Assembly (NCBI RefSeq): GCF_009914755.1
Contig: NC_060929.1
Length of the DNA stretch: 64,000 bases
Source: the human T2T-CHM13v2.0 reference genome, Homo sapiens
Direction: 5' to 3' (one strand)
Shown here: positions 1-12,630 of the stretch, piece by piece
How the letters are laid out: each line of letters starts with the position of its first letter
Position numbering within the stretch: the first letter of the stretch is position 1
Program-made: the position numbers and the translations under genes
Notes under the pieces: model-generated
Seen by the model: the letters and a program-made list of their open reading frames with translations, nothing else
What the model was told of the DNA's origin: nothing
Databases searched by the model: none

Positions 1-150
1 GTGCTTTCTTGGTCACTTGTATATCTTCTTTGGAGAGAGGTGTCTGTTCAGATCCTTTGCCTAATTTTTAAGCTGGTTATTTGGTTTTTTGTTTTGTTAA
101 TTGTTGTAAAAGTTCTTTATTCTGGATACAGGATCCTTATCAGACATATG
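1..150 (-). mobile_element. Old L1M (L1MB/MC-like) fragment in OTULIN last intron
   Basis: Sequence 'cacttgtatatcttctttggagag..tgtctgttcagatcctttgcc..ccttatcagacatatgat' resembles antisense L1M ORF2/3' sequence; boundaries approximate. Confidence 0.6.
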
Positions 151-345
151 ATCCATTCTTGATTATCTGCTTTTTTTTTTTTTTTTATTTAAATCGAAAA
201 GGATTGGGGCTGGGCCCAAAGCAGGAGGAAAAAACGTTGTGGCTTCACCATTGCTGTGCACTGTGGGATAATGGATGGAACATGGTGTTAAGCCACGTTT
301 TTCAGTGTGATCTTCCTCAGAATACCCGTTTGCTCTTCTTCCCAG

Positions 346-540
346 GTTGAAATGTTCCTTCTTGCCTATGCTGTGCGCCACACCATCCAGGTGTACCGGC
401 TCTCCAAGTACAACACGGAAGAATTCATCACAGTCTACCCCACCGACCCACCCAAGGACTGGCCAGTGGTAACGCTCATTGCTGAGGACGATCGGCACTA
501 TAACATCCCCGTCAGAGTGTGTGAGGAGACCAGTCTATGA
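346..540 (+). CDS. OTULIN: OTULIN (FAM105B) last coding exon; Met1-linear-ubiquitin deubiquitinase C-terminus
   Basis: Acceptor ttgctcttcttcccag|GTT at 345/346. Translates [64 protein letters not shown], containing the catalytic His/Asn of the H-Y-N motif (H339/N341) and the C-terminal PDZ-binding motif ETSL; TGA at 538-540. Confidence 0.98.
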   Translation, partial: VEMFLLAYAVRHTIQVYRLSKYNTEEFITVYPTDPPKDWPVVTLIAEDDRHYNIPVRVCEETSL

Positions 541-2083
541 GAGACGCATGCTCCTGACAGCCTGGCGACGTGGCGAAGATGCACAGGTGGCTCCTGGGCT
601 TGGGCTGCAGGTTTGGGGGTCTCTAAGAACAATCTCTGAGAAGAACCCTTGGGCCCCTGGGAGCCAAGTTGGACAGGATGTCCTGAAGACTAGCTTTTGA
701 TAAGAGAAATTAACCAAGTCTTTCCCCTCATCTATGATGCAATATATTTCAGTGGGGGCCTTCAGAGCACACCTGTTGGACGGTGCAAACCATATCTTCT
801 CCAGAAGGCAAATACTTTTGTATCAGAGGAAACTCAGTTTTGGAGAGGAATATGTTCTTTATATCTCAAATCAAAACTCTCTCTAATGGTAAACTGGCTT
901 CTAATTTTTTTAAGTACAGTATTTTTTTTTCCCCTTTAGTAGTAACGGGTTTCTATAGATCTTCCTATACAGTCTGCTTTAACTCAGGACCTTGAGATTA
1001 TGAGACTGACGTGCTGCCCACTGCACTGAGGGGGCTTCTAACAGTCTGCTTTAAGTGGTATAATTCTGGGATAGATCTGTTACTGGCATAGTCATGACAA
1101 CCTCTGGTAATCTTACCTTCTCCTTTTTATGAAGGGAAGAGCAATGGTTTGGACTTACATCTTAATTAAGGCTATTTTAAGCAGATTGTTTTGCAACAGA
1201 TTAAGAATTGGGTCCCAAAGTGGGTTATTTCAAGGCATTTTTGAAGACTGGAGGAGCGTAGGAGGGAGTGGTGAGGGAACCTAGAACTTCTTGCTCCTTG
1301 TGACTATGACAGATGTCTGATGCCCCCAGCGCACTGGAGTCTGGGGCTTGGTGCAGGTGGTGCCCCATCAGTGTGGACAGACACTACTTGCCTTTGTGGT
1401 TTAGTGTTGGAAGCTTTAATTATTCTACAGTTCCATAGATTCACAATTTTATAGCCAAACAGTTTGTATCCACCTGCTTTCAGAGGAGGAACCAAAGGCC
1501 AAATTACTTTGAGGTAGGGCTTAGCTGGACCTGGGTTTTCCTATGCTCTTTTCATGCTGTGTTGGAGGGTGTGTCCACTGCCAGATCTGTGTAACCCGTC
1601 TGGGTCAGGGGATGAGTGACAGCAAACCATCTTAAAATTTTTCATGAGTACATTTAAGCGGAAGCATACGGGAATATGAGTGCAAAAGTGTGGCTGAGCC
1701 GCGTATGCCCTTGATTGGTTTTGGGAAGCCTGAGGGAGGCAGCCTTCCTGGCTATGAGCCATCGCCTGCCCAATCAGGCTAAGGGTGGTGACTGGGGTGG
1801 TGAAGGGGCAGCTCTGCTGAGCATGGTCTGCCTTATGGCCTGAATTGTCCTCAAGGGGTGTGGACTGCAGATGGTGTTCACATGAACCGGAGACATCACT
1901 CTTTAGGATTCTACTGGCAGCCCCTGAATTGGCTCAACGTTTGTGGAGGTGGTATTTCCCTGAAGTACTGAGCTTTGTTTTATAATAATTAAAATCCTTA
2001 TTTGGTCCAATTTAATATAGTTTAGAAGCTATTTTTTTTGAGGCAAACCGTTTTTGAAAATGTAAATTTTGTTTTTAATTAAA

Positions 2084-2089
2084 AATAAA
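2084..2089 (+). terminator. Candidate proximal OTULIN poly(A) signal AATAAA
   Basis: AATAAA preceded by a long U-rich tract with a TGTA motif (2061); downstream element is weak. Confidence 0.5.
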
Positions 2090-4537
2090 GTCTTAGTTAA
2101 GAAAACTCAGGATGCACAAAACTATTCAGACTGTTACTTTAGCTTTCTCCCATTACCTCATCAGTAATATTCACCACATTTTGCTAAATATTTATTGATT
2201 AGAGTGTTGAAATCAAATTCTGCTCTAAATGTGTGTGAATATGTTGGAGAGGCTTTGTGTTCTTCACTGTGAAATGCAATTGTGCCTTGAATAAGAAGGT
2301 ACCTAGAAGCCAAATTAAAGTAATAATGACTTCTTATTGGCTTTGATTTTTCATTGCAGTATATGGGATTGTACAGCAGGAAATGCTTATCATTAATTTC
2401 TGATGTTTTTTAAAGCACAACTCGAAACATTTCGATCATACATACATAGCAGTAGAGATCTGTGCCCTTCAGGTACATTGAATCTGACCATCAGTTTATA
2501 TATGTCATTGAATTTTAAGAATACTCATGTTAATAATAGTCATCTATCCTTGCATTTTGAAACTGTTCTAATCTTAGTGAACTTGAATTGGATTTCTGGG
2601 TAAAAGAATGTGTTTCTTTTATGTTGCTTCTGTCCGAAGGCCTTGTCAGAATCTGTCAGACTCTTGTTTAGGTTTAGTGTGATCATGGCGTCAGAGAAGC
2701 AAAGCTTTCAAATAAATAGTACTTCAGGAAATAGAAATGATTGACCAACTTTAAAAATAATTTTTTTTTAATTGCAATATGCAGCTTCAGTTGCCCAGAA
2801 TCTTAGTTCCGTTTCTCATTCTTGGTCTTGAGCTGGTCAGGTGACATCAGCAGATTAGAAGTTGAATGGAGATTAAGTGGATTCAGGAGGATGTTCCACT
2901 TAGAGCAGTCTTCAAAATGATAAGGTGTTCTAGAAGAAAGGAATGTAGTAGGAACTATACTATGCCTAACTTTCTATCCCAGAGTGTCTTGCAAGAGTTT
3001 AGGAGTTTTGGACCCTGTGTATTGGCAGAAAAGTTATCTCCATCTTAAGCAGGCATGACTTTTATACCTGTGAGCTCATTTAAGGTGCATTTAAACCTAA
3101 AATAATTTCCCTGTATTATGCTTCATGGGATTAACACTGCTTTTCCAGAACATTTTCAGATTCCCCTCCTTACATCCTGAGCTCCTTCTGTATATACATC
3201 TGTTGATTTTATCCATCCACAAGGAACAATGATAGTCACATTAGAGAACAAGAAACCAGTAATACATGGTCTCTAACTGATGATTCGGGCCTGGATTTGA
3301 TTGAAAGTGTTTGCAGTTCCTCTTCCGTAGAATACAGAGTGGATGAAAATGTTTTCAATGCACAGAACAGGATGAATCCTTTTTTCTTTATTTAGCGATT
3401 TACACTTTTGTTACTCTATTATATATTCAGTTAGTGTCTGATAAGATTTTCTTTGCTTAAGGAGAACGGACATTGCCTTGGTATGTTTTTTTTTTTTTTC
3501 CCTCCACTTTTGGAGCTTATCAGGTAAAAATCTCAAGCCACATGAATTGTTAACACCTCTGTTGGGAAAAGCCTTTGTGAGTTTTTATGTACTTGGTCTT
3601 TGTTTTTGTTATTCATCCTGTGTCCTCCCTCTTCCCGATGTGCTGTTTTACCTAGGAGTTAGTCTGCTTTCTGAGGATCTTTTAGAGAGAGGCTGTGAAG
3701 TGCTGAATCACCTTTAATGATACAGCACTTCTGCCATCTCAGCATCTACATAGGACTTACATAGACTTCCTGAATGTGTCTTCTTCAGATACTAAAGTAC
3801 AGTTGGATCATTTTCTTATCTCCTTTTCTTAAGCAGTACTTTGCAGGTACTCCCCTTTGAAAGCCAGAAGCATAAACCATTGGGGAATCTTAACTTGTAG
3901 ACATGCAGTAAAAGAAATGCATTTATGTAAGATCTGTGAGTACTTAAAAAGAAAGCCCTCAGTGTGTGTGAAGTGAATGTGAAATGTGTGTGAAATACAT
4001 AGAATTCCCAAATAGTTTAGCAAAGGCAGGGCGCAATATCAAGTAATTTAAAAATGGTCCAAGGAACTGTAAGAAGGAGGAACTAATTCTAGAATAAATG
4101 TTAAAATGCCATTCAAGAACAAAACCACAGATGCCATACAGACCTCCTGTGCTTAAGTTATAGAAGAATAAAAATCTGAATGAATGGAAGGCCTTACGTG
4201 TATACAGTTTACAAATTCCTATTTCTAAAATTTAAGTCCCTTATTTAACAGAAGTATGTATTTTAATGCTTAACTGTCTCGGGAAACCTCATTTGTGACA
4301 TCATCTAAGGGGATGGGAAGACTAGGGAGCCAGTGCCACGTTGAACAGAACAGTGGTTTAGTGAATGTGTGAGGAAAGACATGGGCAACTGATTATTAAT
4401 GTTTTTGTAATTCAGTTTATAACTTGGAACCAATGAAAAGCAACAAAACTAAACTGGTTTGACAGCCTGCCACTTCTGGCATTTCCTGTAAGTCACTAGC
4501 AGTAGGTGTGAGGTGGGCTTGCCCATGACCAGGAGGG

Positions 4538-4563
4538 GTGTGTGTGTGTGTGTGCATGTGTGT
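4538..4563. repeat. (GT)n microsatellite in OTULIN 3'UTR
   Basis: gtgtgtgtgtgtgtgtgcatgtgtgt read directly. Confidence 0.9.
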
Positions 4564-4675
4564 ATATGCGTGTTGGTCTGCAGTCACAGCATACCTTTAT
4601 GTGCATGTGTCCTCGCAGCTTGGGACTCAGCAGTATTCTGGGAGGGTGGAGGTGAACTGTCCCATGTATTGTATT

Positions 4676-4967
4676 ATATATTTTTTGAGATGGGGTCTTG
4701 CTCTGTTGCCCAGGCTGGAGTGCAGTGGTGCGATCTCAGCTCACTGCAACTTTTGCCTCCTGGTTCAAGCAGTTCTCCTGCCTCAGCCTGCCAAATAGCT
4801 GGGATTACAGGTGTGTACCACCACTCCCAGCTAATTTTTGTATTTTTAGTAGAGATGGGGTTTTACCATGTTGGCCAGGCTGGTCTCGAGCTCCTGGCCT
4901 CAGGTGATCCACCTGCTTTGGCCTCCCAAAGTGCTGAGATTACAGGCGTGAACTACCGCGCCTGGCC
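4676..4967 (-). mobile_element. AluS, antisense within OTULIN 3'UTR
   Basis: Full dimer; TSD CCATGTATTGTATT at 4662-4675 and 4968-4981. Confidence 0.96.
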
Positions 4968-6369
4968 CCATGTATTGTATTTTTTTCAGGTTATATTGAA
5001 ATCTACTACCAGGAATGTCGGAATGGGTTTTGGTATGTATAATGGAAATAGATAGAGTGGTTAAGTCTAGAAACACATACATTAATTGTATTGAAATGTT
5101 ATATCAATACATCATTTATGATGTGTGTGTGGTCCCAGACCTCATGGCCACCAGTTTGTTTAAGCATTGTGAATGCTTTTTAATAGCATTCATTAGCATT
5201 AATGGAGGAGGACACTGTGTTTTCTCAATTAATCTCATTGATTTGTTTGGTATAAGTTTGGGTCAGAAATGAAACTGCCAAAACATCGATCAGTACAAGG
5301 AAGGGACACAGGGCTTAAAATGTCCACAGTCTTGGCAGTGGACTTGGCAGTTCTCCCAGTAAGCAGAAGTACTTGAGCTTAATTCTGAACTTCAAAGTAA
5401 TATTTTATACTTAATTTTAGGAGTTTTCATTTACATATTGAAAAATGCCTTGACTGTATTCACATAAATGGTGCTAAAACATTGTACCCCTTATAAGAAC
5501 TGCAGCAATCCACAGTAATGTTGGTTACTTCTGAGTATTTGATAAAGGAACAAAGTCAAAATGAATGTATTTAATAAGCTTCTTTCTCATTTCCATTGTT
5601 TTTATAAAAATATTTTGGTATTGTTGCCTGCATTTTAGCCACTTCTAACTTTTTGTATTATGAATTTGGAGAGGATAACAAGCCAACTTTAGACCCTCTG
5701 CCAGTGGCGATGGTGTTTTTCTTCCATGGGTAAGCCATTGTGAATGGAGGCTGGTGGAGCAGCACACTGTGTGAACCTGGCAGCGCTCATCTTGGCTTGT
5801 TTAGCAGTGCCTCTGTTTACACCATAAGATGTTCCGCATGTGTCCAAAATTTCGCCTGCTCTGAAAAACATGCCCCCGAGGCTCTGTGCAGTTTGGGGCC
5901 TTGGTTCCCACCTGCAGATGCGGTCAGTTGCCTGGCTCCTGGGGCCAGAGTTTCCTCTGTTACTTGTTGAGTCTCTTGTCTTCACTGTCAGAAGCTGAAC
6001 TGACTTGGGGGCTTTGCTGTTGATCCACTTTAGCAAACCCTGCTGCAGAGGACTGTAAAAACAAATAACTAAAAATAAACTTAGAAAATACAACTCAGAA
6101 GCCTGGCTCTGTTGCTGTGGTCAAATGCTTGCCTTTGAGGACTTTGGCAGATTGTGCTATTACATTGGGCTCTAACTTTCTGGCACCCGCAAGGCAGACC
6201 TATGATGTCCACATGGCTGACTCTTGACCCCTGGCCATTGTGAGCAGAGGAATCAAGGGTTTAGGGAGGCAGTATTGGGCAGTGTGGAAGAGTTAGATGA
6301 GATGAAGCAGTTAGCACAGTGCTTAACCCATACTAAGTGCCCCCAACCCTGCCAGCCAAATTAGGTGCA

Positions 6370-6530
6370 TAGTTTTCAGCTTGGGTCTGGATTCAACAGC
6401 ATTCCCGCTGCCCACTAAAAGGGTGGGCTTGGACAGTTCCTGAACCTCCCTAAATCTGTTTCTTCATCTTTACCACACACAGTCTGTCTCAGTGGTGGTG
6501 TGGATTAAGTGAGGTGCTAGCACTTATTAG
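6370..6530 (+). mobile_element. MIR remnant
   Basis: 'cttggacagttcctgaacctccctaaatctgtttcttcatct..gtggattaagtgag' resembles the MIR core. Confidence 0.5.
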
Positions 6531-7179
6531 GGGAAGATCCTCCAGACCTGCAAAGCAGGGCTGCAGCCCCAATTCTGACCCAGCCCTGCTGTGTGTTTGC
6601 CGCAAAGAGGTTTGGTGTGTGCGAGACATTTCTTTATGAACCATTTACACTGCTGGAAATGTACCCACTAATGTGATGGCAAGAACTTCAACAAATTGCT
6701 TATGAATCAGGCTCTCAATGGAAGAAGTTAATCCTCTGAAGAGGGGGAAGACTGGACTTTCAGAAGTATGTTGGGGATAGAGAATGAAGTTTGAGTCAGC
6801 AGAGCTCTGCCTTCCTGTTTGTCAAAGAACTAGAGTCTGGGAGTCTTGCAAGATGGAGCTGGGCTTCTGAAGAACCCAGTGGGTAGGTACTGGGCATCCA
6901 TTAGACGGCAGTGCTAAGTCGGTCATGTGCAGCAGAAAGACCTCCCCACTGTGAACAACAAACCACTTTCCTCCTCCAGTGGCCCATTCATTTGGATTGA
7001 TACACTTTTTCAGTGTCAGAAATGCACTTTCTCCCTCTACTTGTCTGAATTACGATGCTCTGCTCAACTCTGTGGACAGTGTTTCTTGAATTTCCTTTTC
7101 CACCGCCTTTTCCCACTCAAGAAAGTGGAGAGAAAAACAGGGATGCAGGCTGTGGGTCTTGTGGAAGCCCTTTACAACC

Positions 7180-7215
7180 ATTAAATAAAGAACACCAGCT
7201 GCATTATGTGTGTTT
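7180..7215 (+). terminator. Distal OTULIN poly(A) site
   Basis: Overlapping ATTAAA (7180) and AATAAA (7184-7189), CA at 7202-7203, then GU-rich ttatgtgtgttt. Confidence 0.75.
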
Positions 7216-8009
7216 AGAACGAGAAGTTGTTTGTACAGTATTTTTCTATTGACCGCTTCCGTCTTGCCTGAAACCTGGGCATTCTTTCTGTAGTTTCTCT
7301 GAATTTTCTGTCTCACCTCCTCACCCCTACCCTTGCCTTTTGTCTGGGCTCGGTTGCCTGTTCATGTTCTTTGCCTCTGACATTAAACTCTCCCTAGTTG
7401 CCTGTGTGCTTGAGACGTCTTAACAAGTTGTCCTCTAAGTGGTGCCATTGATGTACAGTCCCATTGGAGAGCACGAGTATGTTTCCTTAGGCTCTTACAA
7501 CACTGGCTTTATCAAACATTTTGATCTTTGCTGAGCTGATGGTTGGAAGTCTGACTTGCGTTTCTTGAGAAAGGCTGAGCATGTTTTCATTTGCGTAAAC
7601 CATTTTCAGGTCCTTTCCTGGGAGCCATCTGTTCATGTCTTCTGTAACCACTTTTGAGTTTTCTATCTGAATTTCACAGAAACGAGATAGATGTAGGGTG
7701 GGAGCAGTAGGAAGGAAAGGCGGACCAAGGGGTGTTAGAGATTCCATGTCAGGCCCTTTGGTTGCAAGTAACAATAACTCACTCAGAGTATTTTAGTTCA
7801 CAAAGGGTTTGGCCTTCTTCAGGGACAAGAAGAGAGCATTGAAGACCAGAAGGTTACGGGAGGGAGGGCTGTCTTGCTGGTGTCCTAGAGTTGGCATGTT
7901 CAGGGTAGGAATATGGGAATGCCTGCATCCATTCACCAAAGAGTGCCAGCCCTGGGGCCAGGCATGGTTCCAAACTTGGGGATGTAGGGGTGAGCCGGCC
8001 AAGGCACAG

Positions 8010-8190
8010 TCCTCCCAGCCCTCTCCATCCTCACCCCAACCCCATGCCCACCCTCCCCAACCCTCCCCATCCATACCCTCTGTGCTCACCCTCCGCATCT
8101 GCACCTCCCCCTTTGCCCACCCTCCCCATCTGTACCTCCCGCTGTGCCTACCCTCCCCAGCCCTCCCCTCTGCAGCCCTCCCCACCTTTC
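8010..8190. repeat. C-rich low-complexity tract (G-rich on the - strand)
   Basis: More than 20 runs of CCC or longer in ~180 bp. Confidence 0.9.
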
Positions 8191-11100
8191 ACGGAGCTCT
8201 TGTGCATTTGTCACTGGTGAGCAGAACTGGCATGTCTCCAGGGATGGAATCACAAAGTAACTATTTTTGTCTTTGGCTGTTTAAGACATAATTCAATCGG
8301 AGACCTTCTCCTACCCCTGGTGAAAACTCAACTCAGGGCGACCCATCACCTTTTTGAGCACTCTGGGGTAATAGACTTTATAGTCCTCTTAGGTTGCCAA
8401 ATGCTTTCCTAACTCAGAAATTGGAATATCGCATCTGTGTGAGAGTGAAAGCTGTGACAGTTGCTCACTGCCCTGTTTGGCCCTCCAGAGTTAGAACAGG
8501 AGGAGGGAGCCAAGACAGGGAGGGAGCAGAGATCTCAGCCCTCCATAGGAATTGTCCTGTCGGCTGCCCTTCCTGGGCTCAGCCAGGGCTTTGTTCTCAT
8601 TCTCTCATGGGGTACTTTCAGGAATCTTTGAGGCCCCCTCTGTCTCCCCACTTCTTGTCCCCGGCTCAGGGCCTTCCCATGTACCTTGACCAAGGCAGCT
8701 CCTGGGATGTGCTAATGCTGTCGCCTCCCACCACAACTTCCTCCTTTGCAGCTCGTAGGAAGCCAGTGATAGCTCCAGCTTCTTTCTACTGAGCCCTGTC
8801 CACACCCCTAGGTGGCCTTGTGGGGCAGGCCTTAAGATGACCCCAGGCAAGCTTGTTGATCTATGAGGCCAGGGTCTGGGCCAAGGGAAAGACTTTTGGA
8901 CCCCCTGCCCTGTCAAACTCGGGATTTGCCAGCCAGCCCCAATGCCCTTCTATTAGATTTGATGGGTGAGTCAGACACCAGCCCACTGAGTCCCCAGGAC
9001 TCAGGACCCCATTTCAAGCTTTGAGTATTACAACCCCCTGCCCCAGAAGGAGTGGGACTCAGTGTCGCTCTCTGCAAAGAAACCATCTCTACAAATTCTT
9101 TTCAAATATCTACTCTTGGTACTTTTTTGCCCTCCTCGTGTTGAGGGATGGCAGAGTCAGGGAGTTCAGACTCCTGCAGAAGGAGGCCGGGTGCCATCAG
9201 GAGTCCCCGTTTGGTGTGGCCGCCTTCTCTTTGGTGTGAGTGTCGTCCTCTCTGGCTGGGTTCTTATTTTCTACATGTAGCTCAGGCGTAAGCTGGTGCC
9301 CACCCGTGTTAAGTGTCAGGCTGGTCCTGAAGCAGCCCAGTGCCTACAGTGAGGAAGGACCTGCCGGGCAAAGCAGGGCGCTCATCAGGCCAGGGTTTCT
9401 AGAACCATATCCCAGGCTGCTGAGAATGGGTGTGTGGGTTGTGTGATGCAGAATTCTAGGAGATGTCATTTCCATCATAGTCTAGGGAAACACTCGAGCC
9501 TCGTGGAGGGAGATGGTTCTGGAGGGAGGCTTCTGTAGCATCCAAGCCCAAGGTGAGCAGGAGCCCCCTGAGCCGAGCTGCTGGGACTGAAGAGGAAAAG
9601 GAGAGAGTGGGAGTGAGATGCTAGGAGGCAGCGCTGATGGCGCTTGGGGACTTGACTGAGAGGAGTGGGACATGGAGTGGGTTTCCGGGTGGGTGCTCCT
9701 GTGACTCCTCTAGATGGGGGAGACAGGAGAAAATGTGGAAGGGGTAAGGAAAGAGTATACAGGGATGGGCTGAAGGCCACAGCCCTTCTCGGCCCCTGGG
9801 GAGATGTTGGGAGGTGACTGGATACACCCAGTGACTGGTCTGAAGCTTGGGAACAAGTTAGGGCTGGAAAAACAGACTTGGGCATCACCGCTGTATTTGG
9901 AGCTGGAAATAGGCCCAGATTAGGAACCTGGGCTTGTGAGGACTGGATTCCCAGCGAAGGTGGAATTGGGCCTGCCAGCCATTTGTATACTTTTCTGAAG
10001 AGCATGGAATTAAATAGCATTGGGCAGGTTGGCACTGGGGGAAAGAAGAACCGGGCGAGGTTAGGACGTGGCCTTGCTGGCATGATAAAAAGCATGAGGA
10101 AACGCTTTTTACCTCAGACCACACGTGAATTGCAAGCAGCTGCCCTGATGGTGCCATCAGGGGCGGTGGAGATACAGGCCGCTCTCCTCAGCCATTTCCT
10201 TTAGACCAAGAGAGCTTTTATTGTGTAGCAGATGAAAGACCCGATGAGAATTTGAGGTGTATAGTATAATGTAAAGTTTGGAAATAATGATTGTACTTGT
10301 TAATTCTGTATTGGTCTTTGGAATCAAGGGTTTCTGAACCTGAGATAAGCAGCTTTTTTGTTTCATAAAAGCTCTAGTCATTTTTCTGTGTTGAAAGTGG
10401 ACCACAGTAATGTTCATGGATTTGTTGGCTGAAGCACTTCCATGTGGCTTAGAAGCTTAGCAGACACGGCACCTCCGCCTTTGTGAACTGTCATTGGCCA
10501 CTCTGCAAATCCTGGTGGTGCAGTAGTTTAGAACTGTGTAGAAAAGATCTGGTTGTAGAGGACAGGAGGCTGATCCAGAGGCGTCTAGTCACTTGCCTGA
10601 ATCACAGCTAAAAAGCAGCAGACAGAATGAGGACTCACAGCTCCTGATTTATTTTTTCCTTTTGTTTAAAGCCCAGTGTATTGAACTGGGCAGTCAGCAT
10701 GGTATTTACTGTTTTATATTGTCCAGGTAAGAAACCTGGAGCTTATTGGGAGCAGAATTACAAATATAAGCAATGCCAACCTTCCCTGCACCTTAGCATT
10801 ACCTTTAATAGTGTCAAAAAAAAAAAAAAAAAAACTTAGAAGGAGGCATAGTTTTCTCCACAGTTTTTGAGAAATTCTCCACGATTTTTCTCCTGAGCTA
10901 AGCCAGTGAGACCACAGAGGATAAAGAGGAAGGCGTGGAAGGCAGAGATACCAGGGGGCAGGGCTTGGTGGGACTCCACTGGCGGTGGGGGGTTGAGGAG
11001 GAGGTTTCCAGGTGGGAGGTAAATGTGCCTCCTCTAGATGGAGATGTCAGGGGAAAGCATGGGTTGGGGACGTAGATTTGCCCCTTGTGGTATTAAGAGT

Positions 11101-11520
11101 ACCACTCCCCACAGGGACAGTGAATGATGCTGGGGCCAGCGCAGCTCTGTATTGTCTTTAAGGCAACCAGGAACTGAACATACTTGACCCGATAGCTAGG
11201 CCTGACCCTATGCCATGGACATGGCATAGCCCATGCACTGTGGCCGGGAGCACAGCTCTGAAGCCTTCAAAAACATGGTTGGTGTTAGAGGTAGTAAGAG
11301 AGAAGCACAGTGGAGGTAGGACTGAGATCTGGGATTTTAACAAAAGGAGCAGTAAGGAAGGAAATAGGCAATCCCAAGCGAGTCTGTAGGATGCCTAGAA
11401 TCTTACTGACTACAGGTATGTAATGAAACACTTTCTACAATGTCTTATGAGGAGCTAAAAAAAATTAGAGCCATCTTTCTTTGAGGTTAAAACATGATGC
11501 TTTAAGAAAAGAGTGATGCT

Positions 11521-11917
<397 letters not shown>

Positions 11918-12240
11918 TCAGGCTCACCAAACACTTGCTTCATTTTGGCATTCCCATTTGAGAAGGTGTATAGAGAAGTTGGAGAGGGTTCAGAGAAGCA
12001 TTTTCATTACTGAAGTTTTGGGAAGTAAAAGTAATTTTAATGCAGAATAAAATCTGAAGAAATAGGTTATATTTAAGTAAGACAGGGAGTTTAGAGAAAT
12101 TTCCCAGTGGTTAGAAGTTTTAGCAACCAAGGGAAAGGGCAAAATGTTAATCTCTCAGGTAAATTTGATTAAAAGGGAAACTGTAATCAGGATTAGGAAA
12201 CCAAGTAACTTTGCGGTGAGTAAACAGATGCATGGTTAGA

Positions 12241-12302
12241 ATAAAAAAAAATCAAGAAACTAAAAGCAATCTCAGTTGTATGCCAAGTGTTTAAGCTTTA
12301 CT
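12241..12302 (-). terminator. Distal ANKH poly(A) site (variant hexamer AGTAAA)
   Basis: + strand tttact at 12297-12302 reads AGTAAA on -; U-rich downstream element (complement of ataaaaaaaaatcaagaaac, 12241-12260). Cleavage inferred near 12275. Confidence 0.6.
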
Positions 12303-12499
12303 TAAAGTAAAATTAGAGTATGAAACCTATTTGACAATATATGAATACAAATCCATAAACCCTGAAACAAAGCATATATAAATGCTCTTACCAATGCAAA
12401 AACTTCCATCTGTTAGATACATAAAGAGCACTTCCTTAAAAGCGACATGTATTTTATACTGACCGCTGTAGTCAATTTTAATCAAAAACTACACAAATA

Positions 12500-12630
12500 T
12501 TTTATTTGTATTTTAGAGACGGGGTTTTGCTCTGTTGCTCAGGCTGGATTCCAACTCCTGTGCTTAAGCGATCCTCCTGCCTCAGCCTCCCAAGTAGCTG
12601 GGACTACAGATGCACACCACTGTGCCCAGC
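12500..12630 (-). mobile_element. FLAM/Alu monomer in ANKH 3'UTR (sense to ANKH)
   Basis: Single ~130-bp Alu monomer with a T-rich tail on +. Confidence 0.88.

Larger units (their letters stand above)
541..7203 (+). other. OTULIN: OTULIN long 3'UTR (end inferred from distal poly(A) signal)
   Basis: Follows the stop codon; several AATAAA hexamers (2084, 4093, 7184). The one at 7184 has the best downstream context. Confidence 0.75.

Noticed and set aside
301-345. Alternative upstream acceptors for the OTULIN last exon (AG at 304-305 and 319-320)
   Set aside because: They would add 40 or 25 nt and frameshift away the catalytic His; no support beyond the AG.
4513-5055. 180-aa ORF and similar ORFs at 11597, 16220, 22532, 26165, 30829, 36684 and 46576
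   Set aside because: They are Alu translations ([21 protein letters not shown] motifs), not genes.
9475-10095. 206-aa ORF on the - strand
   Set aside because: Pro/Ser-rich product of C-rich, L2-like sequence with no recognisable domain or splice context.
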